Below, one piece after another: positions 32,598 to 45,617 of a stretch of 64,000 bases of DNA. The stretch is from assembly GCF_029227855.1 (NCBI RefSeq), contig NZ_CP074356.1, one strand, 5' to 3'. Under the pieces are notes generated by a model, which saw only the letters and a program-made list of their open reading frames with translations, was not told the origin of the DNA and ran no database searches. The stretch's first letter is position 1, and each line of letters begins with the position of its first letter. The stretch is from Escherichia coli. Its GTDB lineage: Bacteria > Pseudomonadota > Gammaproteobacteria > Enterobacterales > Enterobacteriaceae. Both the position numbers and the translations under genes were made by a program.

Positions 32598-33338
32598 TCA
32601 GAGGTTGCCGGTGTAGTGCCAGCGTAAATAACGCAGCAAACGAAGCTGACGCTTAATGCGGCTCGGCTGCGAAAGCAGGCGGTAGAGCCACTCCAGTCCC
32701 AGCGTTTGCCAGATTTTCGGTGCGCGTTTTACGTGACCGGTGAAAACATCGTAAGTCCCGCCAACGCCCATATACAGCGCATCTGGATGCACCAGACGGC
32801 AGTCGCGCATGAAGATCTCCTGCTTTGGCGATCCCATCGCAACGGTGACGATTTGCGCTCCGCTGGCATGAATGCGTTCAAACAGCGCCTGACGCTGCTC
32901 GGGTTTAAAATAACCATCCTGACTGCCAACGATATTCACATTCCACTGGTTGCGCAGTTTAGCTTCAGTTTTCGCCAGCACTTCAGGTTTACCGCCCACA
33001 AGAAATACCGGCGTCCCTTCTTTGCCTGCGCGCGCCATCAGCTCTTCCCAGAGATCAGCACCGGCAACGCGGGAAACCTGCGCCTGCGGGTACTTTTTAC
33101 GTACTGAACGTACAACGCTGATGCCATCCGCATATTTAAATTCGGCAGCGTTAATTAGCTCCCTGACCTCAGCATTATCTTCAATGGTCAGCATTTTTTC
33201 GGCATTAATGGCAACCAGCGTTCCCTGCTTAAGATGCCCGTCAGCAAACAGATAATCGAGGGCGTGCTGCATATCACGCCAACCAATCAACTGTAAGCCA
33301 CGCAGCGTATAGGTCGGTGCCATGGTGTTGTTATTCAT
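32598..33338 (-). CDS. wecG: UDP-N-acetyl-D-mannosaminuronic acid transferase (ECA)
   Basis: 246-aa WecB/TagA/CpsF-family ORF; last gene of the wec cluster. Confidence 0.9.
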   Translation of the reverse strand: MNNNTMAPTYTLRGLQLIGWRDMQHALDYLFADGHLKQGTLVAINAEKMLTIEDNAEVRELINAAEFKYADGISVVRSVRKKYPQAQVSRVAGADLWEELMARAGKEGTPVFLVGGKPEVLAKTEAKLRNQWNVNIVGSQDGYFKPEQRQALFERIHASGAQIVTVAMGSPKQEIFMRDCRLVHPDALYMGVGGTYDVFTGHVKRAPKIWQTLGLEWLYRLLSQPSRIKRQLRLLRYLRWHYTGNL

Positions 33339-33340
33339 TG

Positions 33341-34693
33341 TTATCCTTCAACCTGCGTCCGGAGCGATGATTTTGTACGTTTATGAATGAGTCCGGCGCT
33401 TTCAAAAAGCCAGTACAACAGTTTTGCGATCATCAGACATGCGCCGAAGACCACGATAAAAAAGACTACGCGTGAGACAAACGAATCCAGCCCTTCACGT
33501 GCCAGCACGATCATATTGAAGATCGCCCCAAAGCAGAAACTGTGCAATATCGCAGCCTTATAGCGATTAGTCTCGCGGTTGCCCAGCTCATACAGCCAGT
33601 CGAACCATTTGATGATCAGTCCAACCACAATCGCCCCGAGTGGGATGAACAACGCGCCGCCCATCACCACCAGTGAGCCTATAAGCGTAGGCGAGATCGC
33701 CAGTCCGGAGTGGTTATTCAGCACTTCCCAGGTAAAGTAGTTGGCTGAGTTCAGCACCATACTCGGGCGACCCGGCCACAGCCAGGAAGGGATAAAGACA
33801 TAGAAATCGCGGACAATTGGAGCCAGGCCCTGGAAGTCGATGTTGTCGTAGTTCTGCAACAGCAACGCCAGATTCTCCCATGGCGAGAAGGTGTCGCGAG
33901 TGAGATAGAGAAACGTATAGAACGCTTCATCGCCGCTCACATTCATTCCATAGCGTTTTAGCGCCAGCCAGAACATGCCCACAATCCCCAGCACGCCCGC
34001 CGCCGCCAGCATCCACAACGAAATCCAGCCGCGAATAATGCCAATAAACAGGAAGATAGCGAATGCGATGATGATATTGGCGCGAGTGCCGCCGACAATC
34101 ATATAAGTCAGCAAGCCAAAGGCGACCGTGCTGACGAGGAAAAACAGCCACGCTTTGCTATCCTGGCGCAGAAAGTAGACCACCAGCATCGCCGGGATGA
34201 AAAAGTAAAAGAAGCGTTTTAACGCCACGCCGGAGACTTCACTGGAGAAGATCTGACTGTAGGAGTTAAGCCGGAACAGCAAAAAGCCGTTGTGCATGAA
34301 GAAGATGCCGACGCTTACCAGCGCGATGCCCATCAGGATCACCCACGTAAGATTGGTCTCCACGCGATTCATGGTAAACAGCGGACGGCGCGGTACATCA
34401 GCAACGCGTTTGCGTAGGCGGGTTTTGTAGGTGACATAGTAAACCGCGTAGAAGCAGCCCGCAGAAAGCAACGCCTGCAACAAGATTTCTGGCGGCGCGA
34501 CACCAACATCAAAGCGAAATACCAGCACGCTGGTCAGCGGGAAGCCGAAGAAAAAGGTGAGCAAAAACAGCAATGAAAAGAAGACATTGAAGTTAAAGCG
34601 CACACGGCGAAACTCAAACCAGGTCAGCGTGGCAATAAACAGCGTGCAGAGCAGCCAGACCACAAACAGGCCACTGAATTGCAGCAGACTCAT
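33341..34693 (-). CDS. wzyE: ECA polymerase
   Basis: 450-aa polytopic membrane ORF; position in cluster. Confidence 0.9.
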
Positions 34694-35769
34694 GCGCCCT
34701 CCCCGGCGGCAATCGCCAACGCCCGCTGCCAGCCTTGTAGATAGTTAGGGCTAAAGAAGGCAATGGTGTTTTTATCCACCGACGCCAACTGGCGCTGCGC
34801 TTCACGCACAATATCCTCGTTGAGATCGTCGGTAGTAAACAGCACCGGCAAATGCTGTTCCGTCATATCCTGCCAGAACGGATTTTCCCGGTTAAGCACA
34901 CAAGGAATGCCCGCCTGAATCAGTAAGCAAAGCGTACCAATGCCCTGCTGGCGGGCAAAAATAAAGTAACCAAGATCGCACTGACGAAGTAGCGCCAGAT
35001 AGGCGTCAAATTCCAGTTTTTCGCTCAAAATTTGCAGATTTTCTTCGCTGAATAACTCCAGCCCCGCCTGACGAACTTCCTCAATGTACGCTTCGTTATT
35101 AGGCGGATATCCCATCGGCACCACCACTTTTACCGTATCGCCAAATTGCTGATGAACGGCGCACAAGGCAGCAATATGGTCATTGCTGCGGTCACCGGAG
35201 TTCCCCACCAGAATGGTCATTTTCCCTTCACGTTGCCGATCGTTCGCCATCGTATTGAGAGAAGGGTCCATCCGCGTCGGGAAGTACAGCAGTTCGCCCC
35301 GCACCTTTGGATGCGTTTTGGCAAAAAAGCTCAAATCGCCGCGGGTGGCAAATACACAGCCGACTCGCTTTTGCGCCAGGCGACGTAGTGGGTAAAAAAG
35401 CTTATATCTCAAGCCACTGGAAAGCTCATACAGGTCTGCCCCCCAGATATGCCAGAAAAACTGGCTGGGCTTAATGCCACCACTCAGCAGAGCCAGCCAC
35501 AGTGTGGGATTGAACTGACCGTGGAAGAAAAAACGCTGCTGACGGTTAGCTTTTGCTTTCGCGATGACCGCTTCCGCCAGCGATTTTTTCCCAGGGAAAA
35601 ATTGCACAGAAAGCGCCGGACAGCTATCACTTAAGCCGTCGTCCTTGCCAACAACCATAAACTCGCGCGCGTGCTCGCTCGTCGCAGCCAGCGCGTCATT
35701 GAAAAACCGCAAAACGGTTCGGTTATGGTGAGGGATATCCGATCCCAGTACGTGAATCAGTACAGTCAT
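34690..35769 (-). CDS. wecF: TDP-Fuc4NAc:lipid II Fuc4NAc transferase
   Basis: 359-aa ORF overlapping both neighbours by 4 bp; position in cluster. Confidence 0.9.
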
Positions 35770-37016
35770 GCCCGCCTACGCCAGAGTAAAAACACGCCAC
35801 AACAAAGAGAAAAATAGACGATATAAGTTGCCATATATGCCTGCGCCGCGCCCAGTGCACCATGCGCAGGGATTAGCCAGTGGGCAAATACCATCAATAA
35901 AGTGAACTGGCTGATTTCCGCCAGAATATAAAACCGCAATGACGCTTTGGCGATCACCAGATAACCAAAGACATAAGCGCCCACTTTTAACACATCACCC
36001 ACTAACTGCCAGGCAAAGAGATCGCGCATAGCGGTAAATTTATTCGACAACAGCAGCCAGATAGCAAAATCACGCAGCAGCCAGACGGTAAAACTCGCCG
36101 CCGCCACTGCCGGTAAGACGAATTTCAGCGATTTAACCACTTCCCGGGTGATATCGCGCTTTTCCGTTAGCCGCGACAACGTGGGCAGCAAATATACGCT
36201 GAACGATGCCGTAATAAATTGCAGGTAGGCATCGGAAATACTGCTCACCCCTTGCCAGATCCCCACTTCATCCCAGCTATACTGCGCCGCGAGCAGTTTA
36301 CGCATCATGATGTAAGCAACAGGCAAGGTCACCGACGTAATCAACGCCATGAGCGTAAATTTGCTCAACTGCCCTGCCAGACCGTTATCCCAGCTGGGTT
36401 TCAAATAGCTTAACGGGATGACACCACGTTTGATCAACATGATGGCGGCAGGAATTACCACCAGCGCGGGAATCAGCGCCAGACCCAGCAACGCCCCTTC
36501 ATAACCGCCCAAACGGTAACTGACGTAGTACGCGAGAACGCCAATCAAGCTGCCGACAATCAGCGATAACGCATTACCTGCGGCATCGCGAAAGCCTTTC
36601 ATCAGCGCCAGTAACAGGTTGCCCCAGGCGATCCCCATTTGCACCAGCGCCACTAAACGCACCAGCCCCTGATAGTCGGTATTACCAAACAATCCCTGGC
36701 TGATTGGCGCAGCTGCCAGCACAAAAACCAGCGCCATCAGCGTAGAGAAACCAAGTACCATCGCTGATGAAGTGCCGACCACGCGGCGCAGCTGTTGCGG
36801 ATTATCATGGTACTGGGCAACGTATTTGGTTACACCGTTAAAGATGCCAGCTCCGGCAAGCACGCCGAGCACGGTAATCAACTGGCGGAAATTTGCCGCC
36901 AGCCCAAGCCCCGCCGGACCAAATGACACAGCCAGCAACTTACCGACCAGTAACCCGGCACCAATCTTGACCAGTGTACTGGCCGCCGTCCACAAGGACG
37001 CTTTTGCCAACGACAT
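35766..37016 (-). CDS. wzxE: lipid III (ECA precursor) flippase
   Basis: 416-aa 12-TM-like ORF; position in cluster. Confidence 0.9.
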   Translation of the reverse strand: MSLAKASLWTAASTLVKIGAGLLVGKLLAVSFGPAGLGLAANFRQLITVLGVLAGAGIFNGVTKYVAQYHDNPQQLRRVVGTSSAMVLGFSTLMALVFVLAAAPISQGLFGNTDYQGLVRLVALVQMGIAWGNLLLALMKGFRDAAGNALSLIVGSLIGVLAYYVSYRLGGYEGALLGLALIPALVVIPAAIMLIKRGVIPLSYLKPSWDNGLAGQLSKFTLMALITSVTLPVAYIMMRKLLAAQYSWDEVGIWQGVSSISDAYLQFITASFSVYLLPTLSRLTEKRDITREVVKSLKFVLPAVAAASFTVWLLRDFAIWLLLSNKFTAMRDLFAWQLVGDVLKVGAYVFGYLVIAKASLRFYILAEISQFTLLMVFAHWLIPAHGALGAAQAYMATYIVYFSLCCGVFLLWRRRA

Positions 37017-37017
37017 A

Positions 37018-38148
37018 TCAGGAGAAGTAGTTCAACAAAGTCGCAATTACCGTACGCTGATTGACGGGCGACAGGTTGTAGAACAGCGGCAGGCGCAGCA
37101 GGCGCTCGCTCTCTTTGGTGGTGTAGCGATCTTCACCGTGGAACTCACCAAAGCGTTCCCCCGCAGGGCAACCGTGCAGCGGAATGTAATGGAACACCGC
37201 CATGATTTCCGCTTCTTTCAGAAAGTTAATCAACGCGCTCCGGTCATCAATATCCCGCAGTTTAATGTAGAACATATGCGCGTTCTGCACGCAGCCATCG
37301 GGAATCGACGGCAGCTCGATACGCCCGGCTTTCGCCAGAGGCGCTAACGCATCGTAGTAGTTTTGCCACAGCGCCAGACGTTGCTGGTTGATACGATCCG
37401 CTGCTTCCAGTTGCGCCCACAGGTACGCAGCTTGCAGATCGGACATCAAATAGCTGGAGCCAATATCGCGCCAGGTATATTTATCGACCTGACCACGGAA
37501 GAACTGGCTGCGGTTAGTGCCCTTTTCACGGATGATCTCGGCTCGTTCGATTAACGCTTTATCGTTAATCAGCGTCGCGCCGCCTTCACCACCCGCCGTA
37601 TAGTTTTTGGTTTCATGGAAGCTAAAGCAGCCAATATGACCAATGGTTCCCAGTGCACGCCCTTTGTAAGTGGATATCACGCCCTGAGCGGCATCTTCTA
37701 CCACAAACAGATTATGCTTTTTCGCCAACGCCATAATGGTGTCCATTTCGCAGGCCACACCCGCGTAATGGACCGGCACGATAACGCGCGTTTTGTCGGT
37801 GATCGCCGCTTCAATCAGCGTTTCGTCGATGTTCATGGTGTCCGGGCGAACATCCACAAAAACGATTTTTGCGCCACGCAGCACAAAGGCATTGGCGGTG
37901 GAGACAAAGGTGTAGCTCGGCATGATCACTTCATCGCCAGGCTGGATATCGAGCAGCAGCGCCGCCATCTCCAGCGAAGCGGTGCAGGACGGCGTCAGTA
38001 ACACTTTGGCGCTGCCAAAACGTTGCTCCAGCCACTGCTGGCAGCGACGGGTAAAACCGCCATCGCCACACAGTTTGCCGCTACCCATTGCCGACTGCAT
38101 ATAGTCGAGTTCGGTTCCCACCACCGGCGGTGCGTTAAATGGAATCAT
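37018..38148 (-). CDS. wecE: dTDP-4-amino-4,6-dideoxygalactose transaminase (DegT/AHBA-synthase family)
   Basis: 376-aa PLP-aminotransferase-like ORF; position in cluster. Confidence 0.9.
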   Translation of the reverse strand: MIPFNAPPVVGTELDYMQSAMGSGKLCGDGGFTRRCQQWLEQRFGSAKVLLTPSCTASLEMAALLLDIQPGDEVIMPSYTFVSTANAFVLRGAKIVFVDVRPDTMNIDETLIEAAITDKTRVIVPVHYAGVACEMDTIMALAKKHNLFVVEDAAQGVISTYKGRALGTIGHIGCFSFHETKNYTAGGEGGATLINDKALIERAEIIREKGTNRSQFFRGQVDKYTWRDIGSSYLMSDLQAAYLWAQLEAADRINQQRLALWQNYYDALAPLAKAGRIELPSIPDGCVQNAHMFYIKLRDIDDRSALINFLKEAEIMAVFHYIPLHGCPAGERFGEFHGEDRYTTKESERLLRLPLFYNLSPVNQRTVIATLLNYFS

Positions 38149-38152
38149 GTGA

Positions 38153-38827
38153 TCACCTGTATAACCAGTACGCGGTGCTTTCTACATTTGCACCACTTTG
38201 TATGTATCGTTTAAGCGCGGCGGTGTTGCCCATTTGGGTCGCCACCCGCAAAGTTGTTTTACCGCGAGCATACGCCCAGTTTAGCGCCGTTTGCATCAGC
38301 TCAGCACCTGCACCGCGTCCAGCCAGCAGGCCAATTCGCGCATCTGTCGCATTGAGTTCCCGTAAAGAGACATAGCCGCGAATATCGCCGGACGCCGCAC
38401 GTAAAATCAGACATTGATGATCAAAGGTGCCGCGCACGGCATTTTCAATCCACTGTGCATAAAAGCGTCTGCTGGCGTCAGGCGCATACCACGGCGCACG
38501 AAAACGGCTTTGCGCAAATGCGGCGCTGGCTAACTGACGTAATGCGGGAATATCGGTCTCTTGTGCCACTACAGCACCACTATCACTGACATTGTTCACG
38601 GGTAGTGCCAAATCAACTTCACCTTCTACCAGGGAGAATCCCAGCTGTTGCAGGGCATCCAGTTCACCCGTATTTGATGCCGCAATTTTGGCCTGCACCC
38701 GTGACCACGGCGCTAACACGTCTGGCGTCAGGAGCGGTGCTTCAGACGTAATGCACACGATGGCGCTGTTAACACCAAAGAAGGCGTTTTCCCAGGTTAG
38801 TGGCTCAATACTGGCGCGGACGGGCAC
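38153..38827 (-). CDS. wecD: dTDP-fucosamine acetyltransferase (GNAT)
   Basis: 224-aa ORF with acetyl-CoA-binding-like segment; overlaps rffH 3' end; actual start may be internal. Confidence 0.85.
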   Translation of the reverse strand: MPVRASIEPLTWENAFFGVNSAIVCITSEAPLLTPDVLAPWSRVQAKIAASNTGELDALQQLGFSLVEGEVDLALPVNNVSDSGAVVAQETDIPALRQLASAAFAQSRFRAPWYAPDASRRFYAQWIENAVRGTFDHQCLILRAASGDIRGYVSLRELNATDARIGLLAGRGAGAELMQTALNWAYARGKTTLRVATQMGNTAALKRYIQSGANVESTAYWLYR

Positions 38828-39686
38828 GAAGTAACTCCAGCAGATATTGGCCGTAGCCAGTTTTCGCTAATGAACTGGCAGCACGCTTCACACCCTCGTC
38901 ATCGAGCCAGCCGTTACGCCAGGCGATCTCTTCCAGGCAGGCAATCTTAAAGCCCTGGCGTTTTTCTACTGTCTGCACAAAGGTACTGGCTTCAATCAGG
39001 CTGTCGTGAGTGCCAGTGTCCAGCCAGGCAAATCCGCGCCCGAGCAGTTCAACGGTCAGGTTGCCCGCCTCGAGGTACATCTGGTTGATGGAGGTAATCT
39101 CCAGTTCACCACGCTCCGACGGCTTCACCTGCTTTGCGTACTCCACGACTTTACTGTCGTAGAAATAAAGCCCGGTCACCGCCCAGTTTGACTTCGGCTG
39201 TTTTGGCTTTTCTTCCAGCGAGATAGCGCGGAAATTGTCGTCAAACTCCACCACGCCAAAGCGTTCCGGGTCCATCACCTGATAGCCAAATACCGTCGCC
39301 CCTTCCGTGCGCGCCGCAACATGACGCAGCTTCGGACTGAAGCCCTGACCGAAGAAGATGTTATCGCCCAGCACCAGACAAGAAGGTTCACCGTTGAGGA
39401 AGGTTTCACCGATGATAAAGGCCTGCGCCAGACCGTCCGGGCTGGGCTGTTCGGCGTATTCCAGCTGGATACCGAACTCACTACCATCGCCCAGCAGGCG
39501 CTGGAAATAACCTTTATCTTCCGGCGTAGTGATGATGAGAATTTCGCGGATACCGGCCAACATCAGCACCGACAGCGGATAGTAAATCATTGGCTTATCG
39601 TAAATCGGCAACAGTTGCTTCGATACGCCGCGCGTAATCGGATGCAATCGGGTGCCGGAACCGCCCGCCAGGATAATACCTTTCAT
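38805..39686 (-). CDS. rffH: glucose-1-phosphate thymidylyltransferase
   Basis: N-terminus [18 protein letters not shown] (nucleotidyltransferase G-loop); 293 aa. Confidence 0.92.
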   Translation of the reverse strand: MKGIILAGGSGTRLHPITRGVSKQLLPIYDKPMIYYPLSVLMLAGIREILIITTPEDKGYFQRLLGDGSEFGIQLEYAEQPSPDGLAQAFIIGETFLNGEPSCLVLGDNIFFGQGFSPKLRHVAARTEGATVFGYQVMDPERFGVVEFDDNFRAISLEEKPKQPKSNWAVTGLYFYDSKVVEYAKQVKPSERGELEITSINQMYLEAGNLTVELLGRGFAWLDTGTHDSLIEASTFVQTVEKRQGFKIACLEEIAWRNGWLDDEGVKRAASSLAKTGYGQYLLELLRARPRQY

Positions 39687-39704
39687 GTTTGCCTCCGCTG
39701 AAAA

Positions 39705-40772
39705 TTAGCCTTTCAGACCTAAACGCTCGCCCTGATAGCTGCCGTCCTGCACCTGCTTCCACCAGCTTTCATTAGCCAGATACCACTGCACCGTTTTACG
39801 CATTCCACTTTCAAAGGTTTCCTGTGGCAGCCAACCAAGTTCACGGGCAATTTTCGAAGCATCAATGGCATAACGCAGATCATGCCCCGGACGGTCAGCG
39901 ACAAAGGTGATCAAGTCACGATAGTGCGCCACGCCGTGCGGCTTGTTCGGAGCCAGTTCTTCCAGCAGCTCGCAAATGGTTTCCACAACATCGAGATTCT
40001 TACGCTCGTTGTGACCACCAATATTATAGGTTTCACCGACTTTCCCGGTGGTCGCCACGCAATACAGCGCGCGGGCGTGATCTTCCACATACAGCCAGTC
40101 ACGGATTTGCTGCCCGTTGCCATATACCGGCAGCGGTTTACCCGCCAGCGCGTTGAGGATCATCAGCGGGATCAGTTTTTCCGGAAAGTGGTAAGGACCG
40201 TAGTTATTCGAGCAGTTGGTGATCAGCGTCGGCAGACCGTAGGTCCGCAGCCAGGCGCGCACCAGATGGTCGCTACTGGCTTTTGACGCGGAATAAGGGC
40301 TGCTCGGCGCATACGGCGTGGTTTCGGTGAAGAAATCATCCGTCGAGTGCAGGTCACCATATACTTCGTCGGTGGAGATATGATGAAAACGGAACGCTGA
40401 TTTTTTATCTTCCGTCAGCGTATTCCAGTAAGCCCGCGCCGCTTCAAGCAATGTATAAGTCCCGACAATGTTGGTTTCAATAAACGCTGCCGGGCCGTCA
40501 ATAGAACGGTCAACATGGCTTTCGGCTGCCAGATGCATGACACAGTCTGGCTGATGCTCAGTGAATACGCGTGCCAGTTCTGCCCGATCGCAGATATCAA
40601 CTTTCTCAAAGGCAAAGTGCTCGCTTTGCGCGACCGGTGCCAGCGACATCAGGTTTCCGGCGTAGGTCAGCTTATCGACCACTACCACCGCATCGCTCGT
40701 TTCGTTGATGATATAACGCACCAGCGCCGAGCCAATAAACCCGGCACCACCTGTTATCAGAATTTTTCTCAT
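39705..40772 (-). CDS. rffG: dTDP-glucose 4,6-dehydratase
   Basis: N-terminus [20 protein letters not shown] (Rossmann GxxGxxG), YxxxK SDR motif; 355 aa. Confidence 0.92.
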   Translation of the reverse strand: MRKILITGGAGFIGSALVRYIINETSDAVVVVDKLTYAGNLMSLAPVAQSEHFAFEKVDICDRAELARVFTEHQPDCVMHLAAESHVDRSIDGPAAFIETNIVGTYTLLEAARAYWNTLTEDKKSAFRFHHISTDEVYGDLHSTDDFFTETTPYAPSSPYSASKASSDHLVRAWLRTYGLPTLITNCSNNYGPYHFPEKLIPLMILNALAGKPLPVYGNGQQIRDWLYVEDHARALYCVATTGKVGETYNIGGHNERKNLDVVETICELLEELAPNKPHGVAHYRDLITFVADRPGHDLRYAIDASKIARELGWLPQETFESGMRKTVQWYLANESWWKQVQDGSYQGERLGLKG

Positions 40773-42034
40773 CAGCGCCAGACTCCTTTGGCATCGACGA
40801 CATACTGCTGATGGACATTGTCGCCATTGATAACTTTGAACTGACTATGATCGACCAGCATCACCAGCACGTCTGCCGTTGCCAGCGCCTCGTCAAGCTG
40901 CGCCAGAGTACAAAGCCCGGTCAGTTTTTTCGGCAACTGGTGGATGTTAGGCTCAACAACCAGCGTTTCGCCGCTGTGCCACTGGGCGATCAGTTCAGCG
41001 ATTTCCATCGCCGGGCTTTCGCGCAGGTCATCAATATTCGGTTTAAACGCCAGACCAAAGCAGGCGATTTTCAGTTCACTGGCGCGTTTATCGGTAGCAG
41101 CAAGGCAGTCGGCAACCGCCGCTTTCACCTGATCGATAACCCAGAACGGTTTGTGATCGTTAACTTCGCGCGCGGTACGGATAAGCCGCGCCTGCTGGGG
41201 GTTCTGTGCCACGATAAACCACGGATCAACAGCAATGCAGTGACCGCCCACGCCAGGGCCAGGCTGAAGAATATTAACGCGAGGGTGACGATTCGCCAGG
41301 CGAATCAGTTCCCAGACGTTAATCCCCTGATCGGCACAAATCAGCGACAATTCATTAGCAAAAGCGATATTCACATCGCGGAAGCTGTTTTCGGTGAGCT
41401 TACACATTTCCGCCGTCCGCGAGTTAGTGACGACACACTCACCTTCGAGGAAAATTTTGTACAGTTCGCTGGCGCGGGTCGAACAAACCGGCGTCATACC
41501 ACCAATCACGCGATCGTTTTTAATCAGCTCGACCATAACCTGGCCCGGTAACACGCGTTCCGGGCAGTAAGCAATGTTGACGTCCGCCTGCTCGCCCACC
41601 TGCTGTGGGAAAGTGAGATCCGGACGCATCTCTGCTAACCATTCTGCCATCTTCTCGGTTGACCCCACCGGCGAGGTGGATTCAAGGATCACCAGCGCGC
41701 CTTTTTTCAGCACTGGCGCAATGGAGCGAGCAGCCGATTCAACGTAGGTCATATCTGGCTCATGATCGCCTTTAAACGGCGTGGGTACAGCAATCAGCCA
41801 GGCATCCGCTTCAACTGGCGTCGTGCTCGCTCGTAAAAAACCGCCTTCTACGGCAGTTTTTACTACGCTCGCCAAATCAGGCTCGACGATATGGATTTCG
41901 CCACGATTGATGGTATCAACCGCGTGTTGGTTGATATCGACACCAATCACCTGTTTTTGCCGTGAGGCAAACGCTGCTGCTGTAGGCAGCCCGATGTAAC
42001 CCAGTCCGATAACAGAAATGGTCGCAAAACTCAT
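40772..42034 (-). CDS. wecC: UDP-N-acetyl-D-mannosamine dehydrogenase
   Basis: N-terminal NAD-binding [10 protein letters not shown]; 420 aa; UDP-glucose/GDP-mannose dehydrogenase family. Confidence 0.92.
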   Translation of the reverse strand: MSFATISVIGLGYIGLPTAAAFASRQKQVIGVDINQHAVDTINRGEIHIVEPDLASVVKTAVEGGFLRASTTPVEADAWLIAVPTPFKGDHEPDMTYVESAARSIAPVLKKGALVILESTSPVGSTEKMAEWLAEMRPDLTFPQQVGEQADVNIAYCPERVLPGQVMVELIKNDRVIGGMTPVCSTRASELYKIFLEGECVVTNSRTAEMCKLTENSFRDVNIAFANELSLICADQGINVWELIRLANRHPRVNILQPGPGVGGHCIAVDPWFIVAQNPQQARLIRTAREVNDHKPFWVIDQVKAAVADCLAATDKRASELKIACFGLAFKPNIDDLRESPAMEIAELIAQWHSGETLVVEPNIHQLPKKLTGLCTLAQLDEALATADVLVMLVDHSQFKVINGDNVHQQYVVDAKGVWR

Positions 42035-43161
42035 AGTGATATCCGATTATTTTTTAACGCTTCCAGAATGCGAGAGCATGCCTGACCATCACCATACGGG
42101 TTATGGGCGCGGCTCATAGTTTGATATTCGTTTTCGTCTTTTAAAAGACGCGTCACTTCCTCGACAATTCGCTGCTTATCCGTGCCTACCAGACGCACCG
42201 TACCCGCCGTCACCGCTTCCGGACGCTCAGTGGTATCGCGCATCACCAGCACCGGTTTCCCCAGCGAAGGCGCTTCTTCCTGAATGCCGCCTGAGTCGGT
42301 CAAAATCAGCCAGGCGTGGTTCATCAGCCAGACAAACGGTAAATACTCCTGGGGATCGATCAGAATGACATTTTTCACATGCCCCAGAATGCGATTGACC
42401 GGCTCTCTGACGTTCGGGTTGAGATGCACCGGATAGACAATCTGGATGTCCTGGTGCGTGGTGGCGATGTCTGCCAGCGCGTGGCAGATTTCTTCAAAGC
42501 CACGACCGAAACTTTCACGCCTGTGACCGGTCACCAGAATCATCTTTTTATCGGGGTCGATAAACGGGTAATTTGCCGCCAGTTCTGAACGCAGCGTGTC
42601 GCTGCTCATCACCTGATCACGCACCCATAACAGTGCATCAATGACTGTATTACCAGTAATGAAGATTCGGCTATCCGCAACGTTTTCACGCAGCAAGTTT
42701 TGCCGGGAAGTTTCGGTTGGAGAGAAGTGATACATCGCCAGATGCCCGGTCAATGTACGGTTAGCCTCTTCCGGCCACGGCGAATAGAGATCGCCCGTGC
42801 GTAAACCAGCCTCAACGTGACCAACAGGAATACGCTGATAAAACGCCGCCAGGCTGGTTGCCAGCGTCGTTGTTGTGTCGCCGTGAACCAGCACGACGTC
42901 TGGTTTGAACTCGGCAAGAATAGGTTTTAGCCCTTCCAGAATCCGACAGGTTATCTCTGTCAGGCCCTGTCCTGGCTGCATTATGTTGAGATCGTAGTCA
43001 GGTACAATGGAAAAGAGTTTCAGCACCTGATCGAGCATCTCCCGATGCTGCGCAGTGACGCAAACTTTAGCCTCAAAAAAAGGATCTTTTGCCAACGCAT
43101 GCACCAACGGAGCCATCTTGATGGCTTCCGGGCGCGTACCAAATACAGTCAGTACTTTCAC
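42031..43161 (-). CDS. wecB: UDP-N-acetylglucosamine 2-epimerase
   Basis: 376-aa [23 protein letters not shown]... typical of non-hydrolysing UDP-GlcNAc 2-epimerases. Confidence 0.92.
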   Translation of the reverse strand: MKVLTVFGTRPEAIKMAPLVHALAKDPFFEAKVCVTAQHREMLDQVLKLFSIVPDYDLNIMQPGQGLTEITCRILEGLKPILAEFKPDVVLVHGDTTTTLATSLAAFYQRIPVGHVEAGLRTGDLYSPWPEEANRTLTGHLAMYHFSPTETSRQNLLRENVADSRIFITGNTVIDALLWVRDQVMSSDTLRSELAANYPFIDPDKKMILVTGHRRESFGRGFEEICHALADIATTHQDIQIVYPVHLNPNVREPVNRILGHVKNVILIDPQEYLPFVWLMNHAWLILTDSGGIQEEAPSLGKPVLVMRDTTERPEAVTAGTVRLVGTDKQRIVEEVTRLLKDENEYQTMSRAHNPYGDGQACSRILEALKNNRISL

Positions 43162-43216
43162 ATCGATTCTCTTCGAATAAGCGGCGAGCGCCTTTGCGCT
43201 CGCCGCAGCAGTGTTG

Positions 43217-44266
43217 CTATTTCGAGCAACGGCGGGTTAATGCGACACCAGCCCCGATCAGCCCCCCGACAATGCCCCACATAATCATCAGGAAGGCACG
43301 ACGTGGGCTATCGCGTTTTACCGGTTCTTCCGGCGTACGCAAATAGCGATAGGTCTGAAAACGCGGATCCAGAGTTGGACCAACATTCAGGGTGTTTAAC
43401 ATGGCCCGATTCTGATCATAGTCGAGATCAAAGGCCGGACCGACGGCCTGTAAATTTTCCAGTCGAGCCTGGAGCATTGGACGCCCAAGCAGGAACATTT
43501 CTGAATCAGGTAATTCCTCGGCAGGCACATCTGTCGCACTGCGCGAAATATTATGCTGCTCAGCAATTTTCAGCGCCTGCTCAATGCTGTTCATCCGGCG
43601 GTCGTAGATGGCTTTCGCCACCTCTTCCTGACGCTTCACCTGAGCTTTCATCTGGATGGTGCGTGCCGCCCATGCGCCTTTCAGCTCATCATTCAGATGG
43701 CTGGCTGCACGCTGGCTGGCAAAAGCAACATACTGACGTAACAGGTTATTAGCGTCAGGCGCGGTTTCGGCAATAAGCTTCACGCTGTCATTGACCGCGC
43801 GAGTAAAGTCTCCGGGGATAAACTGGATGTTGTTAATCATTTCATCCAGCAACGCCGCATCGGCTTTGCTGTTGCCCACCATCCGCTGCTTGTAATAGTC
43901 GGTTTGCAGCCAGAACTCTCTGCGGGTATCCCACGAGGCCAGTTGCATAACAAACTCTTTATAGGCTTCGTCCATGACCGATGGTTGGTCGGCAGAAGCC
44001 ATGTTTGAACGGGCATCCAGGTTACGCAAAAATTGCTGCTGCGAGTAATATCCCCCCAGCATATTCACCGTTGGACGATCGGTAATCGCCGTCGCGCTCC
44101 ACTCTTGTCGAGCAAAAAAAGTATACGCCAGCGCGATTAACGCAAACGCCAGCCCCATGCCAATAATCCATAGCTTCCCAGCCCACAAGGTACGAAACAA
44201 CCCACGAATATCCAGTTCATTTTCAGCGTCTTCGGCCGGTTTCCCAGGCATTGGTTGTGTCATCAC
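43217..44266 (-). CDS. wzzE: ECA polysaccharide chain-length modulator
   Basis: About 348-aa ORF with N- and C-terminal TM segments flanking a large periplasmic domain (Wzz/PCP-1 topology). Confidence 0.9.
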   Translation of the reverse strand: MMTQPMPGKPAEDAENELDIRGLFRTLWAGKLWIIGMGLAFALIALAYTFFARQEWSATAITDRPTVNMLGGYYSQQQFLRNLDARSNMASADQPSVMDEAYKEFVMQLASWDTRREFWLQTDYYKQRMVGNSKADAALLDEMINNIQFIPGDFTRAVNDSVKLIAETAPDANNLLRQYVAFASQRAASHLNDELKGAWAARTIQMKAQVKRQEEVAKAIYDRRMNSIEQALKIAEQHNISRSATDVPAEELPDSEMFLLGRPMLQARLENLQAVGPAFDLDYDQNRAMLNTLNVGPTLDPRFQTYRYLRTPEEPVKRDSPRRAFLMIMWGIVGGLIGAGVALTRRCSK

Positions 44267-44274
44267 ATCCTCAT

Positions 44275-45378
44275 TTATTTGGTTAAATTGGGGCTGCCAC
44301 CACGATTTCTACGCAGTCTGCGTTTTACGCGCTTAATAAAGCGAGCAACTTTCCAGGCACGCTTAATGCAATATCCATAGAGGAAGAATGCTAGCAAAAA
44401 GAGCACCAGCATGACCCACTCCGGGACAAAATGAGAATATTCTGCCAGCACGCCAATGGAAGCGAGCAGTGCTGCGGCAAGGGTAATCAGCACAAACGCC
44501 TGACGGGAAGTAAACCCGGCACGCATGATCAAATGGTGAATATGCTGACGGTCAGGAGAGAATGGGCTCATGCCTTTACGCAGGCGACGGTACATAATCG
44601 CCACCATATCCATTAGCGGAATGGCGATTATCCACAAAGCGGTAACCGGGCTGATGGGATGGGTTTTGCCCTGGGTCGTTTCGAGCAGGATCCAGATAAC
44701 GGTAAAACCAATCAGCGTACTGCCCGCATCACCCATAAAGACTTTGTAGCGGCGACCCAGGATACCAAGGTTAAGCATGATGTATGGCAGGATGGCGGCG
44801 ATCATCGCAAAGCACCAGATTGCGAGGCTGGTTTGCCCGTCGAACCACAAAATCATACCGATTGCTGCAAACGAGACGCAGGACAACCCGCCCAGCAAGC
44901 CATCAATGCCATCAACCATGTTGAACGCATTAATGGCCGCCCAGACGGCAAATAGCGTCAGGAAGTAACCAAACGGTCCGAGCACCATCTCCCAGGAGCC
45001 AAAGATATAACCCAGGCTACTGAGATAAAGTTTGCCGAACACCATCATAACAATGCCAACAGCGGCCTGTATGGTGGCACGGATTTTTACGCTGATATCA
45101 AAACGGTCATCCAGCGCGCCAATGAAAACAAGCACACCGGCACAAGCGAGATAGAGAGATGCATGCGGAATATAGTAATCGACAATTCCGAACGTGAAGC
45201 AAATCCCTGCGTAAACCGAAATCCCCCCAACGAGAGGTATCAATCCCTGGTGACGTTTGCGGAAGTTTGGTTTATCCACTAAACCGACTTTTTTTGCCAC
45301 TTTACGGGCAAAAAACAGAAACAGTGTCGTGAATAAAAAAATACTGATGAGATCAGTACTCACTGTCAGTAAATTCAC
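44275..45378 (-). CDS. wecA: UDP-GlcNAc:undecaprenyl-phosphate GlcNAc-1-phosphate transferase
   Basis: 367-aa polytopic ORF with the MraY/WecA motifs DDxxD (GALDDRFD) and NxxNxxDGIDGL. Confidence 0.92.
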   Translation of the reverse strand: MNLLTVSTDLISIFLFTTLFLFFARKVAKKVGLVDKPNFRKRHQGLIPLVGGISVYAGICFTFGIVDYYIPHASLYLACAGVLVFIGALDDRFDISVKIRATIQAAVGIVMMVFGKLYLSSLGYIFGSWEMVLGPFGYFLTLFAVWAAINAFNMVDGIDGLLGGLSCVSFAAIGMILWFDGQTSLAIWCFAMIAAILPYIMLNLGILGRRYKVFMGDAGSTLIGFTVIWILLETTQGKTHPISPVTALWIIAIPLMDMVAIMYRRLRKGMSPFSPDRQHIHHLIMRAGFTSRQAFVLITLAAALLASIGVLAEYSHFVPEWVMLVLFLLAFFLYGYCIKRAWKVARFIKRVKRRLRRNRGGSPNLTK

Positions 45379-45569
45379 AATGCATGCTCTCAGAGAAAAT
45401 TATTAGCAGAAGTATAACCACGAAGACCTTTATTCAGAAGGGAAAGTCCGTTCCGAACCCACCAGTCCTGTGCAAAAATTAACCATTTGATATGCAAATT
45501 GCATAACATGCCAGCAAATTCCAGGAATTTTCCTAACATCGCCAGCGCGGCATTAAGATTACAGATATA

Positions 45570-45605
45570 AAAGCAAAACGCCACGTAAACACGTGGCGTT
45601 TTTGG
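45570..45605 (-). terminator. intrinsic terminator downstream of rho (bidirectional-looking)
   Basis: Hairpin cgccacgt-aaac-acgtggcg flanked by an A-run on one side and a T-run on the other. Confidence 0.6.
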
Positions 45606-45617
45606 CATAAGACAAAT

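Noticed and set aside
40811-41551. 246-aa plus-strand ORF
   Set aside because: Antisense to wecC, which has a clear NAD-binding N-terminus and correct cluster position.
45379-45617. Possible small ORF or RNA between rho and wecA
   Set aside because: Contains a strong terminator hairpin and presumably the wecA promoter; no coding or structured-RNA signal beyond that was evident.
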